Below are positions 14,075 to 25,570 of a stretch of DNA of 64,000 nucleotides, piece by piece. The position numbers and the translations under genes were made by a program. A model generated the notes under the pieces. That model did not search any database and was not told the origin of the DNA. It was given only the letters and a program-made list of their open reading frames with translations. Source of the stretch: Macrostomum lignano (Eukaryota). Positions within the stretch are counted from its first letter, which is position 1. Every line of letters begins with the position of its first letter. The stretch spans positions 1 to 64,000 of the forward strand of contig NIVC01002019.1 of assembly GCA_002269645.1 (NCBI GenBank), read 5' to 3'.

Positions 14075-14638
14075 CCATGGTCAGGAAGGTGCAGCGTGTG
14101 CGCCGGAATAACATCCATCAAATTTTTTTTTGTGCGCCGCGTGCGCCGAGAAAAAAAATTACTTGTGCGCCATGCGCCGAGAAAAATACACTTCAAAAAG
14201 CACCATCAAGTATTAAGTATCTAAATTGAATCAATATCAATGGAAGTTCAAGCAGTTCAATCATGGCTTCTATTTGCAAAATATAAGCAAAAAGACGCAA
14301 CAAAAGCCGCGAAAGGCGCAAATTTGTTAAGTTTGTTAAGTCGATTAATGAAATTTGAAATAGTAAACAACATTGGAAATAACGACTATCGTATCGACTA
14401 TCGTTTATTTTATTGATTGATTGACATTTAATATACGTTTTTTTATTATTCATTATTATATTGTCACGTACACTGACGTACCTTGTGCGCCATGCGCCGA
14501 GCCATGCACCGATGCACCGAGCCATGCGCCGATGCGCCGAGCCCATGCGCGCGGCGCAGTGAAGTGTGCGCCGTGCGCCGGCAAATTGCTGATTTGCGCC
14601 GGAAAATTCCGAGGATTCTACCGTCTTCCTGGCTGTGG
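14075..14638. mobile_element. 564-bp MITE, diverged relative of the 12802-13461 element
   Basis: Imperfect TIR CCATGGTCAGGAAGGTGCAG / CTACCGTCTTCCTGGCTGTGG, TSD CTGCCTGG (14067-14074, 14639-14646), same TGTGCGCC motifs. Confidence 0.85.
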
Positions 14639-15404
14639 CTGCCTGGTGCCTTATTTTAAGTTTAGGGGCCTAGGATACTACCTAGGAACTTGTAGCATTA
14701 GGCACTTTCCAAACTGGCTGGATCCAGTTTTATCACACGAACATTGTCGGCCTATATGCACAATACGCATGATGCATTCACGTAGCCTAGCACTATTCCT
14801 ACATTTTTATACGCGAATCAACCAGTTTAATCGAGGCTTGCTGCACTAGGCCTATGTAGCTATTAAGTACTTAGTGATTCGAAATTCTAAATAACATAGA
14901 AAGTGTTTTGTCCTGTACGGAAATCATAAAAGGTGGCTGATTGCTATAACATATAGTAGCAATACATAGCAAAGATAGCAAAGAGCCTACATAGCAAAAG
15001 GCAAGGCGGAAATCAGCTGATTTGTGTTGATCTCGTGGCTCTTTGACTTTGGCTTCTTGGAAGTTTTAACGAACCTGAAGTATGTTCTGGTTATAACTTT
15101 TAATTTCATTTGATTCGTAAATAATAGACTTATGTTAAGATCTTAGATTGTCCGTACAGTCAGAAAAATGTTAATTTTTTTCATCCAGAAATCACTGCCA
15201 GTAATCAACGTTTCCCAGATCTCCAGCCCCCCCCCCCCAAGTGACGCAAAATTCACAACCCGCGTCACCTCTAAACTGTTGGTAATGCAATTTGCGTCAC
15301 AAGTCTTTATAGCTTCGGCTTGTAAGGAGAGAGGGGAGCACGAGAGTCGCCTGTAGACGATTTGCCCGCAGGAGACTTTCCCGTCGGGGGGGGGGGGGGG
15401 GGCT

Positions 15405-15670
15405 GCAGACAGGATCTCTGAGGCGTGGCAAAATGCACTGCAGTAAAAAAAGCATTGCGGGCAAACCTCGGCAAGAAAAAGCTCGGTGGGCAATTCACTC
15501 GCAGGCAAATTGCACTGCGGGCAAATCTCGGCAGGCAATTCTCGGCGGGAAAGCTCGACGGGCGATTAACTCGCGGGCAAAATGCACTGTGGGAAAATCT
15601 CAACGGGCAATTATCTCCTGCGGGCAAATCTCGGCGGGCAATTTGTCTGCGGGCAATTCTCATGGACCCA
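15405..15670. repeat. Degenerate short repeats with a GCGGGCAA core, possibly the subterminal region of a truncated transposon
   Basis: About a dozen GCGGGCAA/GGCAA variants at ~15-20 bp spacing, ending in CATGGACCC. Confidence 0.55.
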
Positions 15671-16004
15671 AAAATGATAAAATGGATTCATATACTGTAG
15701 AACCAATCAGGCAAACTGTGCCATCAACATATGGAATATTTAATGTATATGCATGTACATATATAAAGATATAGCCTTCTTTCTCTGTTGCGCTGCCCTT
15801 GGGTATGGTCAGCCCAGTCTCCCATTGCTCTCATCATATCCTAATTTTTTAATCTTGACTTACGAATTCCGTGTTTTAATAAATTAACCGAGCGGTTAAG
15901 GCCAAGGGTCAGTAATTCAGGGCATTAGTCATTCAACTCCTTTTGTTTCTGTCTGTTTCACTATGAGTCGAAATGTGGAGTAGTGAGTGCACCGGTCGCA
16001 GGGC

Positions 16005-16062
16005 CAAGGACTTCTAGACCTAGTCTAGAACTATAGTTCTAGATCTAGTCTAGAAGTCCTTG
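16005..16062. other. 58-bp near-perfect palindrome built from CTAG/TCTAGA units
   Basis: CAAGGACTTCTAGACCTAGTCTAGAACTA|TAGTTCTAGATCTAGTCTAGAAGTCCTTG. Confidence 0.85.
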
Positions 16063-17663
16063 CGCAAGGCATGGAATAAAAGCTGAATCAGAGTGTGAGC
16101 CGAATTCACCAAATAGTCAAACCAGTAACAAGTACCAGTAACAAGTAACCAGTACCAGTAAATTCTAAATAAGTCTCTGTAGGATGTACATATGTACATC
16201 ATGATCAGAGACCTAGTCTAGCTGGGACCTGCACTTCCCCATCCCTCGCCGCATAGAACCTGTATCTACAAGTAGGAGGAAAACAATTACACATAACGCA
16301 TGCACGTAAGACCGAAGTGCTAATAAACGATGCCGCAAACAATCCGATCCGCTTGCCGAGATTCTGCTCGAGCATGCTGACAGCTGAAGCCGCTCCTGAG
16401 GAGCCGTCAGTTAATTTATCTCGGCGGCCTCGTGCCGGACGTGGGCGAGAGGAGCTCGCGCTAGGGAAAGCCCAGGCTGCCTCTCAATCTGTCTGGTTGG
16501 TGCTGCACTCAGAGGTCCTGACTGACGGCGCCAGACTGCAGCTCTTCCACTACAGATGCCCGCGTCCTTCTCCACGACAAGATTTATGATCGGCCGCAGT
16601 GGATTCCCATGCAGTCGCCTATAGTTTGAACTACATGTAGTGTATAGAGCCGCCTCGATAGCTTTTTTTACAGCAATTTGAGGCTCGTCGTCAGTCACAA
16701 CGACATCAAATGCCGCCTCTTAGACAATTTGCACGATCATGCATTATAGCTTGTATACTCGTACATATTTTTGCCTCGCAGCGAAAAAAACTTCGATCAA
16801 ACGGGAAACCTGCCTTGCCCTTATATATTAATGCCCGTTTTTTTTCGAACACCAATAATTCTCGATACATTCCCGGCGAGGGCAGCAGGCTGATTTCATG
16901 CTGTCTGCATGCAGGCTTCGTGTTGTCTTAATTCCCCTGTTCCTTCTTCTGCCTTAATTTTTATTTTAATGTTAAAAAGGCAAAAAACGCTAGCTTTGCT
17001 ACTGAAAAAGGAGCACATGCAGATAAGCGCATTTTTGGAGTACAATATCTAGATATTTTAGTTTCGCAAAATCTATACGAAGCTACAAAGTGTCCGAAAT
17101 GCATTTTTTGCATTTGAGTTAAAAATATCAAACAAAACCAGAGTCAATCATTTTTTGGTTCAAACAAAGACTGAAAAAAACTGTAGCGAAAACCAAATTG
17201 ATGCCCAGTTTCGATGCCATTTTCTTGTTTATTTCTAGGTTGGCGCGGTAAACCTTCAAGATGAACAGCTGGTTAAATTATACAAAAAGGGTTAGTAGCA
17301 AAATTTATATAGCGACCTTCTGTGACTCTTTTAGGCAAGAGAGGCTTTTAAATCGGTAGCTGATGACCAAGACTCGGTGGCAAGTAAGTAAAGTGAAATA
17401 TTTTAGTGAGAATTTTTTTAGGTTTCGCAATACTATTAATATCAATACTATCCTATAGCTTTAGTTGTCCAGTTGGCCAATTGTGATTGAATGAGAACTT
17501 GCAGGATGATATTACACGAGACTAAAAACCGAATTTCGGTGAGCACTGGGCACAGTCACGAGTTTCTGAAGGACAGTAATTTTTTATTATCTATTAATAC
17601 TCTGCAGCAAAATTAACTAGAGTTTGAAACCAAATTGCCTATCAGGGCATTAGCTCAGCCGAT

Positions 17664-17993
17664 TTACTTGGTGGAACTCTTCAGATAGGCGATGAGATCG
17701 GCGCGTTCCTGCTCCTTCTTGAGGCCGGCGAACACCATCTTTGTGCCGGGTATGTACTTCTTGGGATTCAGCAAGTACTCGAAGAGGGTCTCCTCGCCCC
17801 AGGTGATACCCTTGCTCTTGTTGGCGTCCGTGTAGGAGAATCCGGCCGCTTGGCCAGTTTTACGGCCAAACAGGCCATGCAGGTTTGGCCCAGTCTTGTG
17901 GCCGCCGCCCTTCTCAACAGTGTGACACTGCAGGCAGCGCTGGATGAAAATCTTCTTGCCCTTCTCAACATCGCCATTAGGAATTTTGCCCAT
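17664..17993 (-). CDS. CYCS: Cytochrome c (109 aa, intronless)
   Basis: [10 protein letters not shown], haem motif [21 protein letters not shown] and [15 protein letters not shown]. Complete ATG-to-stop ORF. Confidence 0.98.
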   Translation of the reverse strand: MGKIPNGDVEKGKKIFIQRCLQCHTVEKGGGHKTGPNLHGLFGRKTGQAAGFSYTDANKSKGITWGEETLFEYLLNPKKYIPGTKMVFAGLKKEQERADLIAYLKSSTK

Positions 17994-19023
17994 TGCTGAG
18001 TGCAGGCTTGCATCAAATTTGAATTTGGTAGCATAAATATGATTGAATAGTTATAAAGTATCAATGAAAAAACATTAATTATAAACTATGGTTAATTGTA
18101 CTATTTATTAATAGTTAATGGGCACATAATGAGAGGACTTAAAAAGATTGAGCTTTGCTAATTTTGGATAAGGAGGCAAATTGCAACTATTGATACTTAG
18201 CTGCCAGCTAATGTACTTAGCTGCCATATACCACTTCTATCTATTTTTCCTTCCTGTTTTGCTATATCATTCCTATAGAAAACACAATAGATCCTAATAG
18301 CCTTAACTTAAGTTAAGAGTGCAATCAAGCTATTTTTAGATGATGCAGTTTTATAGTATATAGAATCCAGTTAATTTTGCTTGATTTTACTTTTATTAAC
18401 TTTATTTAAAGCCAATTTAATTGGTAAAACTTTTTTTCTAAATAGGCATGCAGACAAGTGCATTCCTGCTTTTCTTTAGACAGCCTTATTTAATGATCAA
18501 TAAGTTGAATGTTTTAAATAATTCTGAAAAAACTTGGTATACAGTAAACAATCTGACAAAAAAATTATACACAAAATTGATATACATATAGACTAGAACA
18601 TAGACTAAATTGAAACTTGATTCAAATTTTTTATAATAATTAGCAGCTTGAGGGGCAATATAGTATATAAAAATAGTACACTGAAATTAAGAAATTCAAA
18701 TTGTAGGTGCATAAATAATAGCATAAAACTATTTTTTTGTCAATAATATATCAAAGTCCACATTATGCCTTCAATACATCAAACCCGATAGGTAATCAGG
18801 TTTATATTGAAATTCTAATTCTTATCTAGCCACAATATTTTAACATTGAATCAACATTTCAAGTCTCAAGTCTCAAGTTAACTCAAGTCTCACTCGAACA
18901 AGACACTTAGACAAGATATTAATACACTACCAGTAAATTTTACTTCTGCTTGGCAATTTTTATTTTTAATGATACACTTAGGGAGGGCCTAACCTAACCC
19001 TAGGAAAAATTGACGTATTTGAT

Positions 19024-19403
19024 GGGTCTCCCTAAAACACGCACCGCACCGCCCCGAACCGCTACACATTATAACATTTTTTGTCAATGCAGTATTTGAT
19101 TGCAAAGAAAACTATTTGTTGTAAGAGTAATGGAATAAATATCTTTAATTAATATTATAAATACTCTTATTATTTTTTATACTCTCATTTTCATTATTAA
19201 ATTATATTCTTTTTATTTTATTAATATTATTATTAATATCACTTATTATTCACCGAATTTTATATTGCATAGTAAAAAAACTAAATTTATTAAAAACTTT
19301 GAAGCTTAAAAGAAAACGCATTTTGAAGTGTCTTCAGTTATAGTCCAATTTGTTTTAATGTGTAGCGCTGCAGAGCGGTGCGGGGCGTGTTTTAGGGAGA
19401 CCC
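19024..19403. mobile_element. 380-bp Mutator-type MITE
   Basis: ~50-bp TIR starting GGGTCTCCCTAAAACACGC and a 9-bp TSD GTATTTGAT (19015-19023, 19404-19412). Confidence 0.9.
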
Positions 19404-21376
19404 GTATTTGATTTATACACATTTGGGCCCCCGATAATTATAACTATACAGTTAAAAATTAAGAACAGGTTTATATATGTTTACCTTAAGTTGTTTTAAC
19501 ATATAAATAAAGCAATTTTTCTGTAAAAACAAAAAGTTATTGCTAAATGCGCAGTCTTTTATTATTTTATTTAAAACATTTGTTAAGGCGCTTAAATAAC
19601 GAAATCGTACGGCTTTTATTGCAAAAAATCTTCCAATGCACTGATAGCTTTATCCAATCGACTTATTGAAGTTATTGTCAATATTTTCACTCGCTTGTAG
19701 CCTATACTGTTAGCAGTCAGCTGCTGGGAGCAACCCATTTACATCGTTGAGTCTACATGTAGATGTATCAAAGTCTGCAATATTATTAAAAGTTAACAAG
19801 TTAAAAATAATTAGCGAAGCAGTTGATGGTGTTATTTCTGTTATTATTTCTGTTACCTACTACGCACTCCTTGTTTTTAATTCGTCCGTAAAGTTACACT
19901 AAGTACACGTGCAAGCTTATATCTAGCTTTAGCTATCTGTGGAGGGAATAGAATATGCAAAAAGGAAGTACTAAACTGCATGCATGTATACCACTGAAGT
20001 ATAATATTCAAAAATTAAAATAAATGATCATACATTGGATTGGAAGTCCGCGATTCACAAATTGGAACTTACATGTGTAAATTTTGAATTTTACTGTAAT
20101 TTAGACCCTGCAGAAATAAGCACAATTTTTCTCTTCTTTTTTCCTCTTTATCGAATTGAAAATTTTGTGTAGAGTCATATGATGGTGCTTATAAAATTTA
20201 GCGACGCTAGCTTTTTCTCTTTAATTTACGGCTCTAAATTTTGTCACCCCACTTGGAGTGGCATTCGCTTTGACAACTCAATCTTAAAATTTTTACGACT
20301 CTTCTATTTTTCAATACTCTCTTGATTTTTCCCTCTTGCATGTATTTATAATATTGATTAGTAGGGGACCGCTAAGTTTTTGAGTATTTGTTACAGTTTT
20401 CTTTATTCCTTTCCCTAAGATAACTTAGTCACCCATGCAGTGTCATTTTCCTTTGTATTGATTTCGATCAGTTTTTTTCGCCGATCAACTGTCGGTGTGG
20501 ACGTCCAAGCTTTAAAACTGAAACGAAGTTTACAAAAAGTCGATGCAACCAAGCCGAGGTACGATAAATTTAGTAAAAGAAGGTTTTTACTCCAGTGCAG
20601 GTTTGTGAACTTTTGCTTAGAAAATTGTAGAGATTCCATCAGCTGTTTTCATTTTTCCATGTACATATGTAAAACATGCCAGAGTTCATGCTTCGATCAA
20701 TTCAAGCAAGGTGAAAGGATTAGTCTAACTAACCTGTTTTGTACCGGTCTTACCTGTGCTATGTTGTGCATATAAGTGCGCCCTGTTGTCACTGTGTGAC
20801 TGCGTCTCTCGTGTCTCGATCTTCTTTCTTGTTTCTGGCTTTCTCCATAGAAGTCTCAAGTCTGCGCTTGGCACAGGTGCAGCCACTTTACTGAATTATG
20901 AAAGTAAAAAATTGGTGCGTCTTAAACTTTGGGGGCCATCGGCCGATACCATCACAGGCTACCGCAATACTGACTATACTTTGTGAGTGAACTAGCGGCC
21001 AAAAACTACAATCAGCCTATAACAGCTGTCACAGAAAATGGGATTTGGGGATGAGCTGCTGCTCCAGGTTCTGCTCCTGGGTCTCCTTGGTTAAGCTATA
21101 CCCACAAAGACCCCACCTCCTATAGTTCAACACATGCAGGATGCTGTGTTGCCCGCACGGCCCTATGCAACCCGAAGCCAAGGCAGTTCATCAGGAGCTG
21201 GCATTCTGCATGCGGCTTGTGCATCAAATGAGCCGGTGGCAGTGCAAGCTGTGACGGGGGAAGGGAGTAGAAGGGGTTAGAAATGCAGGTGAGCTGCGCC
21301 TACTATATATAGTAGCAAGCTGGAAACTAAAAAAGCAGGGATGTGACGCTTAGGCACCAGGAATTGAAAGCAAATC

Positions 21377-21830
21377 CTAACCGCGTACATTTGTACACCG
21401 CTGGACGAAATTTTCTTCCACAAGCCGCGTTACCTGGCGAATGAGAAAGTTGAGGCAGGCTATACTTTGAGAGGAGAAAGAATCGAAGTGAATGGGGCGA
21501 GGATGCGGAGAGGCAAATTTCTTTCTCGGGTTATCAATAAGCCACATCCCAGGAGATTTTGAGTCGCCCAAACTTGACAAGAAATTTCCGCTACCTATAG
21601 CTAACCCCCTTAGTTGAAGTCAGCATCAACCAAGTCCTCAGACAGGTAAGTGTCAATACAAAGTATTATAATTGTTGGGAAATTTGCCTCTATAATCAAA
21701 CAAATCCCGCCTTTTGAATATTTGCCTCGGAGATTGTGCATAGACATTCTCCGAGTTTCAGTAAGATTATGTATAAGATATTCTATGGGTTTGAGGTCAT
21801 CATCAAATGACAATGATCAATGAAATGATC
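21377..21830 (-). mobile_element. Possible LINE (APE endonuclease) relic
   Basis: Broken minus-strand frames contain RGKYSKGGICLII and LVDADFN, resembling the APE motifs GGV and GDFN. Confidence 0.3.
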
Positions 21831-23181
21831 GAATGAGTATTTCATCGGCTCTCGGGATTTAATCACATACCGACCTCAAACCCATAGAATATCTTATTTA
21901 AACTACTTTAATTTTGCGGGATGTATTCAGATAAATCCCGGAGCCATACTTGTATGTCTATGGTTGAAGTTAGGGATGGGGGTGTGGGGGCGAAGTCCCT
22001 GCTGGGGGTGTGGGGGCAAAGCCCCCACATTCTTAACATAGACAAAATTTCATTAAGAAATTTCTCGAGTCACGAAGGAAGAGAAGAGAGAAGCTCGCTT
22101 ATTTAGATACATACAATAATCCTTGCTATATGTCCGGGAAAGTGATCGATGAAATCTCGAAAAATAAAATCTATGTCAATAACCTCCCTGAAAGTGAGCT
22201 TTAAAGTGGTTTAATGAAATGTATCCCACTTTGCCTGTACGCCTTGTCTACGTCGCTGGTGTTTTGCTAGCGGAGATTCTCACTAAGTAACCTCCGCTGC
22301 CATAGACAAAAAATTAACGCCGTGAGCAGGAGTGAGGTTGATTGAACACTTTCTTCTACCATAGACAAAACGTGTTCCGCAAATACAGGGAGCGGAGAAT
22401 ACTCATAATCTCCGCGAATCTAGTCAATATTCTCCGCTCCTTGCATTCGTGGATACTGCATATCTAGAGCTCTATACGAGTATAAGAAAGGCAAGACACA
22501 TCAAAAGATGAACACTGTGTTTCCCTTGCACGAGCTACCAAAGGCAATAACCATTTTTGTGCTGAAAAATAAAAACCATCATCCATTCTCATCGTGTATT
22601 TTTTCGCGGTCAAGCCTGCCTCCTAAAATGTTCCAAGATACCTACTTTCCCGTCCTTCTACTAGAGCAGTCCTGGTAAAGAATGCGTTATTTGCATCTAC
22701 ATGCAGCTCTTGCGGTTCTTTTCGAAAAGAGAACTCCGGCTTGGCAGTCAATGGTGTCTGATACTATTTTCACTATTTTTCTGTCCCTTTGCACATATCA
22801 AGAGTGAATTATACAATTTACATGTAAAAGCGGGCAGGCGTGCCAGCCAGAGTTTCGACTGCCCAGTCTGGAGGTTGGGGGGGGGGCTCGCGAAAAGGGC
22901 AGAGTCAATAAAGCAGGGGTCCAAGCCAACCCGAGGAGGACTTGCTCGTACATAGCTTTTATTCATGGCGGCCAAATGTTAGAAGCGTACTTGGAAATAA
23001 TAGAAAAGAGACTACAGAAATTAAAAGAAATGTAAAAATTTACGTCTTGAAAAGGTCGTAAATGAGTCAGAGAGCCAAATCAGTTGGTAAGGCAGCTTGT
23101 TTGTTAATTTGGTTTTGATAGGCACTAGCTCGTATAAGTATTCAGCCTTGTTGGTTGCTAGCTTGGTTGGCATTTATGCAG

Positions 23182-25468
23182 ATTGGGTGGTTGGTTGGTA
23201 GAGATGGGTATTAGGTAGATTGGGTGGCTGGTTGGTAGAGATGGGTATTAGTAGGTAGATTGGGTGGCTGGTTGGTAGAGATGGGTATTAGGTAGATTGG
23301 GTGGCTGGTTGGTAGAAATGGGTATTAGGTAGATTGGGTGGCTGGTTGGTAGAAATGGGTATTAGGTAGGTTGGGTGGCTGGTTGGTAGAGATGGGTATT
23401 AGGTAGGTTGGGTGGCTGGTTGGTAGAGATGGGTATTAGGTAGATTGGGTGGCTGGTTGGTAGAGATGGGTATTAGTAGGTAGGTTGGGTGGCTGGTTGG
23501 TAGAAATGGGTATTAGTAGGTAGATTGGGTGGCTGGTTGGTAGAAATGGGTATTAGGTAGATTGGGTGGCTGGTTGGTAGAAATGGGTATTAGTAGGTAG
23601 ATTGGGTGGCTGGTTGGTAGAGATGGGTATTAGGTAGATTGGGTGGCTGGTTGGTAGAAATGGGTATTAGGTAGATTGGGTGGCTGGTTGGTAGAGATGG
23701 GTATTAGTAGGTAGATTGGGTGGCTGGTTGGTAGAGATGGGTATTAGGTAGGTTGGGTGGTTGGTTGATAGAGATGGGTATTAGGTAGATTGGGTGGCTG
23801 GTTGGTAGAGATGGGTATTAGTAGGTAGGTTGGGTGGTTGGTTGGTAGAGATGGGTATTAGGTAGGTTGGGTGGCTGGTTGGTAGAGATGGGTATTAGGT
23901 AGATTGGGTGGCTGGTTGGTAGAGATGGGTATTAGTAGGTAGGTTGGGTGGCTGGTTGGTAGAGATGGGTATTAGGTAGATTGGGTGGCTGGTTGGTAGA
24001 AATGGGTATTAGGTAGATTGGGTGGCTGGTTGGTAGAAATGGGTATTAGGTAGGTTGGGTGGCTGGTTGGTAGAGATGGGTATTAGGTAGGTTGGGTGGC
24101 TGGTTGGTAGAGATGGGTATTAGGTAGATTGGGTGGCTGGTTGGTAGAGATGGGTATTAGTAGGTAGGTTGGGTGGCTGGTTGGTAGAAATGGGTATTAG
24201 TAGGTAGATTGGGTGGCTGGTTGGTAGAAATGGGTATTAGGTAGATTGGGTGGCTGGTTGGTAGAAATGGGTATTAGGTAGGTTGGGTGGCTGGTTGGTA
24301 GAGATGGGTATTAGGTAGGTTGGGTGGCTGGTTGGTAGAGATGGGTATTAGGTAGATTGGGTGGCTGGTTGGTAGAGATGGGTATTAGTAGGTAGGTTGG
24401 GTGGCTGGTTGGTAGAAATGGGTATTAGTAGGTAGATTGGGTGGCTGGTTGGTAGAAATGGGTATTAGGTAGATTGGGTGGCTGGTTGGTAGAAATGGGT
24501 ATTAGGTAGGTTGGGTGGCTGGTTGGTAGAGATGGGTATTAGGTAGATTGGGTGGCTGGTTGGTAGAGATGGGTATTAGGTAGGTTGGGTGGTTGGTTGA
24601 TAGAGATGGGTATTAGGTAGATTGGGTGGCTGGTTGGTAGAGATGGGTATTAGTAGGTAGGTTGGGTGGTTGGTTGGTAGAGATGGGTATTAGGTAGGTT
24701 GGGTGGCTGGTTGGTAGAGATGGGTATTAGGTAGATTGGGTGGCTGGTTGGTAGAGATGGGTATTAGTAGGTAGGTTGGGTGGTTGGTTGGTAGAGATGG
24801 GTATTAGGTAGATTGGGTGGCTGGTTGGTAGAGATGGGTATTAGGTAGATTGGGTGGCTGGTTGGTAGAGATGGGTATTAGGTAGGTTGGGTGGCTGGTT
24901 GGTAGAGATGGGTATTGGGTAGGTTGGTTGGTTGGTTGGTAGAGATGGGTATTAGGTAGATTGGGTGGCTGGTTGGTAGAGATGGGTATTAGTAGGTAGG
25001 TTGGGTGGTTGGTTGGTAGAGATGGGTATTAGGTAGGTTGGGTGGCTGGTTGGTAGAGATGGGTATTAGGTAGATTGGGTGGCTGGTTGGTAGAGATGGG
25101 TATTAGGTAGGTTGGGTGGCTGGTTGGTAGAGATGGGTATTAGGTAGATTGGGTGGCTGGTTGGTAGAGATGGGTATTAGTAGGTAGGTTGGGTGGTTGG
25201 TTGGTAGAGATGGGTATTAGGTAGATTGGGTGGCTGGTTGGTAGAGATGGGTATTAGGTAGATTGGGTGGCTGGTTGGTAGAGATGGGTATTAGTAGGTA
25301 GGTTGGGTGGCTGGTTGGTAGAGATGGGTGTAGGTTGGGTGGTTGGTTGGTAGAGATGGGTATTAGTAGGTAGGTTGGGTGGCTGGTTGGTAGAGATGGG
25401 TGTAGGTTGGGTGGTTGGTTGGTAGAGATGGGTGTAGGTTGGGTGGTTGGTTGGTAGAGATGGGTATT
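23182..25468. repeat. G/T-rich tandem array, 37-bp unit GGTAGATTGGGTGGCTGGTTGGTAGAGATGGGTATTA with 41-bp variants, ~60 copies, just upstream of the glycosyltransferase
   Basis: Direct reading. Confidence 0.97.
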
Positions 25469-25570
25469 TAATCTGATAAGCATTCAGTCAGTCAGCTGGT
25501 CGGTCACAGCATTCACGATCCGTTTCCGCAGTTTGACTCAGACGGATCCTACTATTGTTGGTCTACGCGA

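Noticed and set aside
16317-16740. GC-rich ORF-like segment (VVTDDEPQIAVKKAIE, faintly MULE-like)
   Set aside because: Interrupted in all frames with too little similarity to call.
17359-17400. Hammerhead ribozyme core (CTGATGA...GAAA)
   Set aside because: No stem II or flanking helices could be formed.
18989-19001. Telomeric repeat (CCTAACCTAACCCTA)
   Set aside because: Only two to three imperfect units.
20400-21000. Possible spliced gene remnant on the minus strand
   Set aside because: In-frame stops and no recognisable domain.
21975-22030. GGGGGTGTGGGGGCAAAGCCCCCAC hairpin as a Helitron-type end
   Set aside because: The hairpin is real, but no matching element boundary (CTRR end or 5' TC) was established.
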